Positions 1-10,248 of a stretch of 63,819 nt of DNA are shown piece after piece. A program made the position numbers and the translations under genes. Numbering within the stretch: position 1 is the first letter of the stretch; each line of letters opens with the position of its first letter. Location of the stretch: NCBI GenBank assembly GCA_034669905.1, contig JAXMOL010000047.1, forward strand, positions 1 to 63,819. The letters are read 5' to 3'. The notes under the pieces were generated by a model. It was not told the origin of the DNA. It worked only from the letters and a program-made list of their open reading frames with translations, and made no database searches. This DNA is from Candidatus Hydrogenedentota bacterium. Its GTDB lineage: Bacteria > Hydrogenedentota > Hydrogenedentia > Hydrogenedentales > JAEUWI01.

Positions 1-90
1 TCCCCGCCCACACCGGCGTACGTTGTGGTGATCCGGCCGCGTTGGGCGCACGGGGGTGCTCGTTGTTCAGGGGGAGTGTACTTGTGTTCA

Positions 91-142
91 CCGCAAGCAA
101 GCTTGCTCCGTGACAGCGTAAGCAAGCTTACGCACTCCAGGG
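91..142. repeat. REP-like palindromic repeat (GCAAGCTTGC family), inverted copy of 4538-4589
   Basis: CCGCAAGCAAGCTTGCTCCGTGACAGCGTAAGCAAGCTTACGCACTCCAGGG matches the reverse complement of 4538-4589 at 48/52 positions. Confidence 0.8.
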
Positions 143-199
143 GGGACGCCTTCGCTCCACGGTAAGATGCGCCGCGGCGGCAATACGTCCCCTGTTTCC

Positions 200-2326
200 C
201 TACCGCACGAAGCGTTGGTAGTGGGGGGCCTCTTCCCAACCAGGTCGGAGCAGGGTGGCGATCAGGGGGGTATGGCCGTCGGCGTAGGTGAAGCGTTTCA
301 GCCCCACCAGTTGGGGCACGTCGGCGACATCCATTTCGAGGCCTTCGAAGCGGGTCCAGGAAACGGGGATGTCATCCCAGGAGTCGTTGTCGGGGGTGTC
401 CGGCCAAATTGCGTTGTAGACCGGGATGAAATAGCGGGCCGTCTCGTCCTCGACCGTGGCGGCGGGGACGGTGGCGGTCCAACTCAGGTTGTGGTCGGGG
501 TGCCCGCTGGCGTACACCACGTCAAAGCGTGTCGGGGTGTCGTTCAGCTGCAACTCGACGACCAGCATGTCCACTTCGAAAAAGCCTTCGGGTCCCGCCT
601 CGGGCAGGCCCTCGCGCAGGGTGGCGGGGTCACAGGTCAGGCGGAGGCGACCTTCGTCCAGCATACCCACCGTGGGCCATACGGTGTCCATCTCGGCCGC
701 TTCATATTCGGTGAACAGGGCCAGCAGCTGGCGGTCCTGGTGCCAGCGCAGGGCGTAGAGGGGGAGGGCGACCAACAGGAGGGCCACGACGGCGAAGATA
801 GCGCCGGTCTTCCCATAGGCACCCAGCGCCGCCCGATTCAGATAGCGCTCCCGGAAGGTCTCCCGTTGCGTCCGCTGAATCAGGGTGGCCGTCCACCACC
901 CGAGTTGGAGCAGTGCCCCACCGGCCAGCAGGGCCACGAATTCGAGGTGGAAATAGTGGCGGGTCGCAAACTGCACCGAGGCCATGCCCGCCAGGCAGAA
1001 GGCCATATAAAGCGTGAGGAAACCCAGGCGGGGCGAAAGGGCACCCAGCAAGAGAAAGAGGGCCAGGGCCACATAGCGGGTGCGGCTGAAGAGGGTGTCC
1101 ATAAGCCCGACCCGTGCCCGATACAGGGGTTCGAGGAATGGGTGGGAAAGCCCTCGGGGCATATAGGCATTGGGATTGGGGCGCAGTTCATCGAGAATAC
1201 GGAGTCCTGATGCGGCCGTGCGGGTGGCCAGATCGCCGGGGAACTTCCACAGCAGGTTGCGCAAGAAATAATCATCGCCCACGGCCTCATAGCCCGGCGT
1301 TTCATAGATGATGGGGGCCGCCGCATCATCCAGGTAGCGGTTGTGGGCATTCATCATGGCCAGCGCTTCGGCATCCAGGTCGGTCTGGGTGACCTGATAA
1401 AGGGGGCTATCCACGCCCAGGCGCCCGTCGAAAAAATTACCAAAGCCCATGAGGAAGGGGTGGGTGCGCTCGCCATAGGTCTGGAACTTCATGAGCACCG
1501 GCCACCCTGCCGCCAGAAAACAGACCATAAAGGCCGTGATGGCCAGGGCGCGACAGCCCCAGGTGGGCCAGCGCCATCCCGGATAAAAGAGGAGTACGGC
1601 CGGCACAAAGAGGACCAGGTAGAGGACGGCTTCGGCGCGAAAACCCGTGGCGAGGCCGATGGCCGCACCGGCCAGCGCCCCGGTCCAGAGGGCCCGCTTC
1701 CACCCTTTGGGGTAGGCCAGCAGGAATACAAGGCAGAAAAGGGCCAGGAGCATGAAGGGCGCCTTGGCGAAATCGCGGAGCCGGGGGAGGTAGTGCAGTT
1801 GGATGGGGGAGATAAAAAAGAGGGTCGCGCAGGCCAGGGCGATGGGGGGATTGAGCACGAGGCGGAAAAGCCCATAGGCCGCCACAGCACAAAGGCCAAA
1901 GAGGAGGCCGTAGAGGGGCGTGAGCGACGACCAGGCCACGCCGAAAATACGCCACACCCATCCCGCAATCCAGAAGAGGTGCCAGGTCCGTTTCTGGATG
2001 CCCGTAAAGGGCACGGTGGGCATGTCTTCCGGGAGGAGCTCACAGGAAAACTGGTCGATGACGGGCGGGCCGTCGTGGTGAAGGTCGGGCCGAAGAAAGG
2101 CGGCCAGTTCCGGTACTTCCGAGGCCTTGGGGTTCACAAAGCCCCGGCCGCAGCCCAGCATGACCGACGGTCCAAAACCGACCTGGAGGATATCGGCCGT
2201 TTGCCCCCAGGAGGAAACGTAGACCATGCCACTCAGGGTTGCCACCACAAAGAGGGCGAGCACAATAATCAGTTCCCGTTTGGCCGGGCGACTCAGGGTG
2301 ATTCGAGGCATGGTATTCCTTGGCAA
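200..2326 (-). CDS. Multi-pass membrane protein, putative GT-C fold glycosyltransferase-like
   Basis: 708-aa ORF with many hydrophobic segments and a soluble C-terminal domain; family assignment is inference. Confidence 0.6.
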   Translation of the reverse strand: MPRNTMPRITLSRPAKRELIIVLALFVVATLSGMVYVSSWGQTADILQVGFGPSVMLGCGRGFVNPKASEVPELAAFLRPDLHHDGPPVIDQFSCELLPEDMPTVPFTGIQKRTWHLFWIAGWVWRIFGVAWSSLTPLYGLLFGLCAVAAYGLFRLVLNPPIALACATLFFISPIQLHYLPRLRDFAKAPFMLLALFCLVFLLAYPKGWKRALWTGALAGAAIGLATGFRAEAVLYLVLFVPAVLLFYPGWRWPTWGCRALAITAFMVCFLAAGWPVLMKFQTYGERTHPFLMGFGNFFDGRLGVDSPLYQVTQTDLDAEALAMMNAHNRYLDDAAAPIIYETPGYEAVGDDYFLRNLLWKFPGDLATRTAASGLRILDELRPNPNAYMPRGLSHPFLEPLYRARVGLMDTLFSRTRYVALALFLLLGALSPRLGFLTLYMAFCLAGMASVQFATRHYFHLEFVALLAGGALLQLGWWTATLIQRTQRETFRERYLNRAALGAYGKTGAIFAVVALLLVALPLYALRWHQDRQLLALFTEYEAAEMDTVWPTVGMLDEGRLRLTCDPATLREGLPEAGPEGFFEVDMLVVELQLNDTPTRFDVVYASGHPDHNLSWTATVPAATVEDETARYFIPVYNAIWPDTPDNDSWDDIPVSWTRFEGLEMDVADVPQLVGLKRFTYADGHTPLIATLLRPGWEEAPHYQRFVR

Positions 2327-2392
2327 GTTGGGGGTGTATCCACGTGGACGCCATCATACCCGGTGTTTTCGGGTGAGACAACTGGCGGTACC

Positions 2393-3616
2393 CTATGGGG
2401 GCGACGACCCCTCGGGTGGGTCTTTACGGAGGAGGGTGTAGAGCGCCATGCCCACAGCGACCGTGGCCATGAGCGCCAGCGGAAGGGAATAATCCATGCC
2501 CGCGATACGCCGTACCTCCCAGCGGTGCTGCCCCATTAAATCGTAGAAAGCCAGCATGTTGACGTTGAGCACAATTGCAACAAGTAGGGCGTGCCTACGC
2601 CAGCGGGGTAAGCGCCATGCCAGGTAACCCGCGACCACGACGGCCGGTGCGAGGTGGTTTTCGTGGGCACCCTTGTTGAGCAAAAAAAAGGCGAGGTATC
2701 CGGCCAGCATATAGCGGTAGAGGTTGTCCGGATTTCGGGGTGTCCGCCAGAGCCGCCAGAGGGAGAGCCCATAGCCCAGGGCAAAAAGACTGCGCACCAC
2801 AAGGAGGACCCGCGTGTCCCGCGTGCGGATGACGGCAATCAGGCCGTCGTCCAGCGGGCCGTAGCTCTCGGGCCAACGCAGGTGCATGGCCCACGTAATC
2901 AGCCAGCCGAAATTCAGCGCCTGCCCACTGAGCACCGCGCTCTGGAGCCCCCGGGTGAAGGCCAGCCAGGTGCCGGGACCAAACAGGGCCAGCGTGAGGG
3001 TGAGCACCACGAGAGGCGGTACGACGTGCCGGAGGGCGCTGCGGCGGGATTCCTGGGGCGCTCTGCGCAGAGCATACAGCAAGAAGAAAGGGAGGAGAAT
3101 AAAGAATTGCCATTTCACGAGGCTCGCCGTGACCGCCCAGGACAACCCGGCACCCTCTCGTCCCTGCGCCATGGCGTGGAGGGCGAGGAGCAGGAAGGGG
3201 AATCCCCAGACGTCGAAATAGCCGTAGACGACGGCATTGAAGAGAAAGGCCACCTGAAAGAGGACGCCCCACCAAACGCGGCCTGTCAGACGAATTACGA
3301 GCAACGCGCTCACGAGCAGTCCCAGCCACGTCGCCATGCCAAAGCCGGTGTGCCCCACCTCAGGCCAGGTGTGCACCGGAAGGCCCACGAGCATGGCGGC
3401 GTGGTGGCTGAGCCATAGGAGAAATAGGCCGAGGGGCGGGTGAACAATGTGGCCTGCACCAAGATTGTAGCCCGTGCGGAGTCCATGGAGGTCGAGTTGT
3501 TTGACCCAGCCATACCAGACGTTGACATCGGAGGTGCCAGGTAGTGCCGACACGGCGAGGCTTCCGATGGCCAAGAGGCCGAACGTGGTCCAGGGGATGT
3601 AGGCGCGGGTTGGCAT
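2393..3616 (-). CDS. Integral membrane protein, putative GT-C (GT87/DUF2029-like) glycosyltransferase
   Basis: 407 aa, about 10 TM segments; SD in first loop, HPP, GYFD, K-WQ and HENH motifs typical of polyprenyl-sugar transferases. Confidence 0.6.
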   Translation of the reverse strand: MPTRAYIPWTTFGLLAIGSLAVSALPGTSDVNVWYGWVKQLDLHGLRTGYNLGAGHIVHPPLGLFLLWLSHHAAMLVGLPVHTWPEVGHTGFGMATWLGLLVSALLVIRLTGRVWWGVLFQVAFLFNAVVYGYFDVWGFPFLLLALHAMAQGREGAGLSWAVTASLVKWQFFILLPFFLLYALRRAPQESRRSALRHVVPPLVVLTLTLALFGPGTWLAFTRGLQSAVLSGQALNFGWLITWAMHLRWPESYGPLDDGLIAVIRTRDTRVLLVVRSLFALGYGLSLWRLWRTPRNPDNLYRYMLAGYLAFFLLNKGAHENHLAPAVVVAGYLAWRLPRWRRHALLVAIVLNVNMLAFYDLMGQHRWEVRRIAGMDYSLPLALMATVAVGMALYTLLRKDPPEGSSPP

Positions 3617-3772
3617 GACGTCATCATAGCCGATGACAGGGACGTATTGCCGCTGTATGTTGTTGTGGATGGGAGCTTAGATGTGTGTGACAGGCGAACC
3701 GCGACGAGCGATGGCTACCGTCAAGGCGGCAACATGTCCCGGTGGGACAGCGCGCTACGCTTCTTCCGGGGG

Positions 3773-4517
3773 CCGGTGTAACGAGGGGAGGAGAGTCTCG
3801 TTCCCACGGTCCTCCGTGGGAATGGCTACCTTGCCGCTCTTGCGGCGATTGGCAGAGGTGAAATGCGCGGCGTTCGAGATGTGCTGGATAGGGAGACGGG
3901 CACCTCAGCACGCCTGCTCCGGGGGACCGGAAGGGTAGTGCGTTACACCGGAGGACCGGTGTAACGAGCGGAGAAGGGTCTCGTTCCCACGGTCCTCCGT
4001 GGGAATGCCTACCTTGCCGCTCCTGCGGCGATTTACGGAGATGAAATGCGCGGCGTTCGAGATGCGCTGGATAGGGAGACGGGCACCTCAGTACGCCTCT
4101 TCCGGGGGACCGGAAGGGTAGTGCGTTACACCGGAGGACCGGTGTAACGAGCGGAGAAGGGTCTCGTTCCCACGGTCCTCCGTGGGAATGCCTGCCTTGC
4201 CGCTCCTGCGGCGATTGGCGGAGTTGAAATGCGCGGCGCTCGAGATGCGCTGGATAGGGAGACGGGCACTTCATTACATTGCTTCCGGGGGACCGGAAGG
4301 ATAGTGCGTTACACCGGGGGACCGGTGTAACGAGGGGAGGAGAGTCTCGTTCCCACGGTCCTCCGTGGGAATGGCTACCTTGCCGCTCCTGCGGCGATCT
4401 GCGGAGGTGAAATGCGCGGCGTTCGAGATGTGCTGGATAGGGAGACGGGCACTTCACCGCGCCTCTTCCGGGGGACCGGAAGGGTAGTGCGTCACACCGG
4501 GGGACCGGTGTAACGAG
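3773..4517. repeat. Tandem array of 183-bp REP-doublet (REPIN/BIME-like) units: 4 full copies plus start of a 5th
   Basis: CCGGTGTAACGAG recurs at 3773, 3956, 4139, 4322, 4505; each unit has four hairpins, including TTCCCACGG-TCCT-CCGTGGGAA and CGTTACACCGG-AGGA-CCGGTGTAACG. Confidence 0.92.
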
Positions 4518-4537
4518 CGGAGAAAAGGAAGGGCGCT

Positions 4538-4730
4538 CCCTGGAGTGCGTGAGCTTGCTTACGCTTTTACTGAGCAAGCTTGCTTGCGGCACTGGGAATG
4601 GGGACGAGATGTGTTGCCTGTGTCGATAGCGGACGCCGGTGCATGGCCCTCGGTAATCTTCTCAGGGATGGGGAGCAAGCTCCCCGTAGAAGGGTAGCAG
4701 CAAGCTGTCACACGCCAGGGAGTCCCATGG
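4538..4730. repeat. REP-like doublet (TGGAGTGCG...GCAAGCTTGC) with a degenerate inverted partner at about 4670-4730
   Basis: 4538-4589 matches the reverse complement of 91-142; GGGAGCAAGCTCCC...GCAGCAAGCTGTCACACGCCAGGG is a decayed inverted copy. Confidence 0.65.
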
Positions 4731-4842
4731 GTTGCAAACGTGTTCCCGTTGGCGTTCCGCCCTTTCCCCATTGCGTGGACTCCTCACAGTCGATACACTG
4801 GGTTCTCGTCGTATTGTTACCGCATCCAGGAGTGCCTTCCCC

Positions 4843-7800
4843 ATGACCCAAGCCAGTTTGCGCCGCCGTGAAGCGCTGTATCTTCGTAAGATTCAAGACC
4901 GCATTGCCGAGATTAAGGCGCGCTTTATCTATCCCGTCCGCGAGCCCATCGTGGATATTGCGGTGGCCGAGACCATGGAACACCTCTCCTTCGCCGCCGC
5001 AAAGAAGCTGACCTACACGCCTTGTGAAGGGGGCTATCGCTGGGGCGAAGACTGGGGCTCGGCCTGGTTTCGTCTGCGTTTTCGGGTGCCCAGGGCGATG
5101 GCCGGGCGCTGTGTGAAGCTCTTGCTCGATCTGGAAAACAGCGAGTGCCTGATTTTTCGCGATGGCCTCCCGGTGCAGGGCCTCTGTTGGACGCGCAAGG
5201 AATACACCCTTTTTGAGAAAGCGAAGGGCGGCGAGAAGGTGGAGCTTTACGTGGAGGCCGGGGCCAACGCGCGCCTGGGGGCCTTTGAAGTGCGGACCCT
5301 CCACCCCCCGGAAGTGGCGGTCTGTAATCGGGCGGTGTGGGATGCCTTCTGGGATATTTCGGCCCTCTTCGATATGGTGGACCGGGCGATTCATTGTGAC
5401 TGGATGGGTAAGCCCTACCTGCCGCCCCGGGAAGATGACCCCCGGAGTGCCCAGATTGCCTTTGCGCTCAACGAGGCGGTGGACCTCTTCGACTATCAGA
5501 ACCCGAGTGACGCAGAACTGAGCGCCCAGGCGCGGGCGGTGCGGAAGCGGCTCAAGCCCCTCTTGTCCGCGAAGGCCGGGGAGGCGACGCCGGTCATGGC
5601 GACCATGGGCCATGCCCACCTGGATGTGGCGTGGAAGTGGCCTCTGGCGGAAAGCGTGCGGAAGTGTGGCCGAACTTTTTCCAACGTGTTGGAAATCATG
5701 GAGGAATATCCCGACTTCAATTTCGTCCAGAGTCAGCCCCACCTCTATGAGTTCGTGAAGGAGACCTACCCCTCCCTGTATGAGCGGGCCAAGGCGCGGA
5801 TTGCCGAAGGCCGTTGGATTGCCGACGGGGCCATGTGGGTCGAGCCCGACTGCAATATTCCCAGTGGCGAAAGCCTGGTGCGCCAATTGCTCTTTGGGAC
5901 CCGCTTTTTTAAGGAGGAGTTCGGGGTGGATTCCCGGGTGCTGTGGCTGCCCGACGTATTTGGCTATTCGGCGGCCCTGCCCCAGCTGTTGAAGCGGAGC
6001 GGCATCGACTATTTCTTCACGGCCAAGCTGGCCCTCAATCAATTCGTGAAATTTCCCTACAACTCCTTTCACTGGGAAGGCATCGACGGCAGCCAGGTCC
6101 TGGCCCACTACATGCCCGCCGAAGAATACAGCTCCAAGCTCGAGCCCTGGCTTCTGCGCTCCGGTGCCCACGACTACACCGAGCGGGACCGGAGCCCCAT
6201 CCAGGCCCTGCCCTTTGGCCACGGGGACGGCGGGGGCGGTCCGGCACGTCCGCAGTTAGAGCGGCACGCCCGCTATGCCAATCTCGATGGCATGCCCCGC
6301 CTGGAGCCCATGTCGCCCCTGGAGTTTTTCGAACGGCTGGAAAAGGAATCGACGCACCTTCCCCGTTGGCTGGGGGAGATGTACCTGGAACTCCACCGGG
6401 GCTGCTACACGAGCCAGGCCTTGGTCAAGCGGCACAATCGGAAGGCGGAGTTCCTCCTGCGTGAAGCGGAGTTGTGGTGCACGGTGGCTATGAGACTCGG
6501 GAAGGCCTATCCCCAGGACGCCCTCAACGCGGCGTGGAAGACGCTGCTGCTGAATCAGTTTCACGATATCTTGCCGGGCAGCTCCATCGATACGGTATAC
6601 GCCGATTCGGAGGCCCAGTTTAAGGAACTCTTCACGACGGTGACGGGCCTGCTCAATAGGGCCCTCGAACAGCTCAGCGTCGCCGTGGAGGGCCCGAAGG
6701 AGGCCGTGGTCGTCTTCAACAGCCTCGGGTGGGCGCGGGAAGACACGGTGGCGCTCCCGGCGGAGGGCGACGATTCGGAGCAGCCACTGGTCGCGTGCGA
6801 TCAGGAGGGGCGCCAGGTCCCCGTGCAGCGGGGTGTGGATGGACATCTGCGATTCCGGGCCCACGTGCCGCCACTCGGGCACCGGGTCTACACCTTGGCA
6901 CCGGGGGAGTACCCCGAAACGTCACCGGCCACCCCGTCGCTCTTAGAAAATGACCGGCTGAAACTGCGCTTCGACAAAGCGGGACGGCTCCGTCGCATCT
7001 ATGACAAGCGTTTCAAGCGGGAGGTATTGGCTCCCAAGGCGACGGGCAATCAATTCATTCTCTACGAAGATAAAATGGCCAGCACGGGCGATTCGTGGGA
7101 CCTCGATATCTTTTACGAAGACAAACCCCTCGTCCACGATGGCGCCCTGGTGCAACAGGAAATCATCGAAGAGGGACCGGTGCGCACCGTGCTTCGTCAG
7201 GTGCGCCACATCAGCCATTCGACCATCACGCAAGACATCATTCTGACCGCCGGTTCGGCCCGGGTGGACTTCGAGACCCAGGTGGAATGGGGGGCAGAGA
7301 AGAATGTCTTTCTCAAGGTGGCCTTTCCCCTGGCGGTCCGTTCCGAGAAAGCACGCTATGAAATCCAGTATGGCAGCATTGAGCGGCCGACCCACCGCAA
7401 TATGCCCCAGGATTTCGCCCGCTTCGAAGTGCCCGCCCACAAATGGGCCGACCTTTCCGAGGGCAACTATGGGGTCGCCCTCCTCAACGACTGCAAATAT
7501 GGCTACGATACCCATCAGAACGTGATGCGCCTCAGCCTGCTGCGGGCCACCACCAACCCGGGCCTGACGGCCGATATCAACCAGACCCACCGCTTTACCT
7601 ATAGCCTCTGGCCCCACGAAGGGGATTTTTCGGCCGGGCTGGTGCGGGAAGGCTACGCCCTCAATGCGCCACTACAGACCCTCCGCTGCTCGGGGCCGGC
7701 CCCAGGGGAGGTTTTGGACGCTTCCTTTCTGCACATCGATGGGGACAACGTGGTCATCGACACCGTCAAGAAATGTGAAGACAGCGACGATGTTGTCGTG

Positions 7801-7983
7801 CGCCTCTTTGAGTCCCACGGGTGGCGGAGTCGGCACCGACTGCAACTGCCCGAAGGGGTCACCGCGGTTTGGGAGACCAATCTGATGGAGGTGTTGGAAA
7901 ATGAGTTGTCGCTGCGTGGGGACGGGCTGCTCCTGGATTTCAGTCCCTTTCAGGTTCGAACCCTACGGTTGCTCCGTAGATAG
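4843..7983 (+). CDS. Alpha-mannosidase, glycoside hydrolase family 38
   Basis: HAHLDVAW Zn motif, WLPDVFG nucleophile, LELHRG and NQFHDILPGSS motifs; start placed at ATG 4843 (MTQASL). Confidence 0.93.
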   Translation: MTQASLRRREALYLRKIQDRIAEIKARFIYPVREPIVDIAVAETMEHLSFAAAKKLTYTPCEGGYRWGEDWGSAWFRLRFRVPRAMAGRCVKLLLDLENSECLIFRDGLPVQGLCWTRKEYTLFEKAKGGEKVELYVEAGANARLGAFEVRTLHPPEVAVCNRAVWDAFWDISALFDMVDRAIHCDWMGKPYLPPREDDPRSAQIAFALNEAVDLFDYQNPSDAELSAQARAVRKRLKPLLSAKAGEATPVMATMGHAHLDVAWKWPLAESVRKCGRTFSNVLEIMEEYPDFNFVQSQPHLYEFVKETYPSLYERAKARIAEGRWIADGAMWVEPDCNIPSGESLVRQLLFGTRFFKEEFGVDSRVLWLPDVFGYSAALPQLLKRSGIDYFFTAKLALNQFVKFPYNSFHWEGIDGSQVLAHYMPAEEYSSKLEPWLLRSGAHDYTERDRSPIQALPFGHGDGGGGPARPQLERHARYANLDGMPRLEPMSPLEFFERLEKESTHLPRWLGEMYLELHRGCYTSQALVKRHNRKAEFLLREAELWCTVAMRLGKAYPQDALNAAWKTLLLNQFHDILPGSSIDTVYADSEAQFKELFTTVTGLLNRALEQLSVAVEGPKEAVVVFNSLGWAREDTVALPAEGDDSEQPLVACDQEGRQVPVQRGVDGHLRFRAHVPPLGHRVYTLAPGEYPETSPATPSLLENDRLKLRFDKAGRLRRIYDKRFKREVLAPKATGNQFILYEDKMASTGDSWDLDIFYEDKPLVHDGALVQQEIIEEGPVRTVLRQVRHISHSTITQDIILTAGSARVDFETQVEWGAEKNVFLKVAFPLAVRSEKARYEIQYGSIERPTHRNMPQDFARFEVPAHKWADLSEGNYGVALLNDCKYGYDTHQNVMRLSLLRATTNPGLTADINQTHRFTYSLWPHEGDFSAGLVREGYALNAPLQTLRCSGPAPGEVLDASFLHIDGDNVVIDTVKKCEDSDDVVVRLFESHGWRSRHRLQLPEGVTAVWETNLMEVLENELSLRGDGLLLDFSPFQVRTLRLLRR

Positions 7984-8220
7984 GGCGTGACATGGGGAAA
8001 ACTTTGTTGCGCGGGGCGCAAGGCAGGTGTGCTAAGGTATACCTGACGTTTGTGAATGCCACGCGGGGGGCTGACGACGATTCGGAGTCGATAATGCGAA
8101 GTCACCACAACGAAGCCTCCGGCGGCCGGGAATGGGCGCGCGCGCTGCGTATTCGGCCCCTGGCGCCCATTACGCCGGGGTTGCGGGTACCAGACGTGCA
8201 AGCGGGGTGGATCTGCGGTC

Positions 8221-10248
8221 ATGATGGGTGAGAACCCAGCGCCCTGGGGGGCACGCGTGCAGCGCATGATACGACGTGTCCAGCACGTTGCGGGTGTAAT
8301 TACCGTGTTTATGGCCTTGGTGGTTATGGGCGGCTGGTTTGCCCGAAACGGCGCCGTGGTGCAAATCTACCATGAATTTGCGCCGATGCAGTTCAATACG
8401 GCCCTGGGCTTTCTGTGGGTTGGCTTGGCCCTGTGCGTAATTCACCGGCCCTGGCGCCGCTTCCATACCCTATTGGGGGTTGCCCTGATAGTGCTGGGCC
8501 TGGCCAGTGTCTCCCAGTATCTCTTTCACATCGATTGGGGCATTGATACGCTCATCGTAGAGCCCTTCACGACCGTGCGAACCTCTCACCCCGGGCGTAT
8601 GGCGCCCAATACGGCCGTGTGTTTTGTCCTTTCGGGCCTGGCCCTCCTGTGCGTCGGGGCGCGTCGTTTCGACGGGGCGGCATGCATCGGCACCGTGATA
8701 ACGGCCTTGGGGTTGGTTTCCATCTTCGGTTATCTGAGCGGGGTGGATAGTGCCTATGGCTGGGGCGACCTGACGCGTATGGCCCTCCATACCTCCGTGG
8801 GGTTCATTATTCTGGGCCTGGGGCTGGTCTTGGAGTTGGTGGTCGATCTGCGGACGGGGGCCGATCCCCGCGTGATATCGGTGGTCGTGGCGTTGCTCAG
8901 TATTACCTGTAGTCTGGCCATTTGGCAGGCCTTGCTCGCGGAGCACAGTCGCACGGTCATGACCGAACTGCAACAGGAAGCCGACCGGGCAGCATCTGGT
9001 GTAAGCCTGGTTTTCGGGCAGACCCTGGACGCGTTGGCCCGGTTCGCCTACCGTGCGGCGGCGTCTGAGGGGGGACGCCAACAGCCCGAACATCGCTTGG
9101 AAGATAGTGCGCGTTATCTGGAAGATTTTACGGGGCTGGCCCGCTTGTCCTGGATAAGTCCTGAGCGTGGTGAGCGTTGGGCCCACGATCGGACATTGGG
9201 TGACGAGAATGTGCCCCCCCTGGACGAAGAGCTTGCCTTGGCCCGACGGCTCCAGGCGCATGGGGTAGCGGGCTCATTTCTGGGGGCCTGTCACCCATCC
9301 CATTCCGGCAAAGGCGGTACCATGGTGTTGGGCACCGTGGCGACCGGGCGGGATGCAACCAGCCCGGGGCTCCTGATTGCAGTGATTGAAGCGGCGGAAT
9401 TCTTTCCACCGGTGTTGTCCCACACGGCTCCCGAACTGTCGCTCCGAATGCGGGTTCAGGGTACGGACCTTTTCGAGCAGGCGCCTACCGAGGGGCAGGA
9501 GCTCTTAGCTCGGTTCACCGCGACATCGACGACGGCCGTACCGGGAGGGGATTTGCAGTTGGAGCTGACGGCGACCCGGGCCTACGTCGTGGCCGAGTCA
9601 TCGGGCATGGGCTATGTGGTCTTGTTTGGCGGCCTTCTGATCACCGGACTGTTGACCCTTTCTACCCATCTTGCGGTGCGGAACTGGCAGGCGCAAGTGG
9701 CCTTTCGCCGTCAATATTCCCGCCATCGTCTGATGGTGAACCATCTGCCGGCCATGATTGCCGCGTTCGATGCCGATCACCATCTGATCTTTGCGAACGC
9801 GCCCTTTGTGGCGTTGGTGGGGGCGACATCGGAGGAGGCGATTATCGGGCGTACGCCCCGCGAAATGTTGGGACCCTATTTCCACGAAGTATCCCACCAT
9901 CTGGAGCGGGTCCTGGCGGGCGATACCGTGCGCTACGAAGTGACCGTGGCATCGGCGCACGACAGGCCGCGCTGTCTGGAAACCCAGTTGGTACCCCATC
10001 GTCGTGTCGGCGAGGCCGTCGACAGCTATTATGCCCTGGTGCTGGATGTGACGGAGGAACGTGAATCGGCCCGCTGCCTGGGCGAGAACGCCGAGCGCTT
10101 GCAGCGCTTCTCCCGTCTCGCGGTGGGACGGGAAGAGCGGATGATCGCGTTGAAGGAGGAGGTGAACGAACTCCTGCGTCAACTGGATCGGGCCGAACGG
10201 TATAAAATCGTCTCCCTGGAGCAGGACGAAGGGGAGGGAGCACAGTGA
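8221..10248 (+). CDS. Membrane sensor with PAS domain and C-terminal coiled coil, no kinase domain
   Basis: N-terminal TM bundle (RMAPNTA, RMALHTS repeats), periplasmic region, PAS ending DVTE, tail VGREERMIALKEEVNELL; start uncertain. Confidence 0.75.
   Translation: MMGENPAPWGARVQRMIRRVQHVAGVITVFMALVVMGGWFARNGAVVQIYHEFAPMQFNTALGFLWVGLALCVIHRPWRRFHTLLGVALIVLGLASVSQYLFHIDWGIDTLIVEPFTTVRTSHPGRMAPNTAVCFVLSGLALLCVGARRFDGAACIGTVITALGLVSIFGYLSGVDSAYGWGDLTRMALHTSVGFIILGLGLVLELVVDLRTGADPRVISVVVALLSITCSLAIWQALLAEHSRTVMTELQQEADRAASGVSLVFGQTLDALARFAYRAAASEGGRQQPEHRLEDSARYLEDFTGLARLSWISPERGERWAHDRTLGDENVPPLDEELALARRLQAHGVAGSFLGACHPSHSGKGGTMVLGTVATGRDATSPGLLIAVIEAAEFFPPVLSHTAPELSLRMRVQGTDLFEQAPTEGQELLARFTATSTTAVPGGDLQLELTATRAYVVAESSGMGYVVLFGGLLITGLLTLSTHLAVRNWQAQVAFRRQYSRHRLMVNHLPAMIAAFDADHHLIFANAPFVALVGATSEEAIIGRTPREMLGPYFHEVSHHLERVLAGDTVRYEVTVASAHDRPRCLETQLVPHRRVGEAVDSYYALVLDVTEERESARCLGENAERLQRFSRLAVGREERMIALKEEVNELLRQLDRAERYKIVSLEQDEGEGAQ

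Noticed and set aside
3773..4517. Possible second CRISPR array
   Set aside because: Whole 183-bp units repeat and there are no unique spacers
3624..4592. 322-aa ORF with 61-aa repeats
   Set aside because: By-product of the 183-bp (3x61) palindromic DNA array; conservation follows hairpin pairing rather than codons
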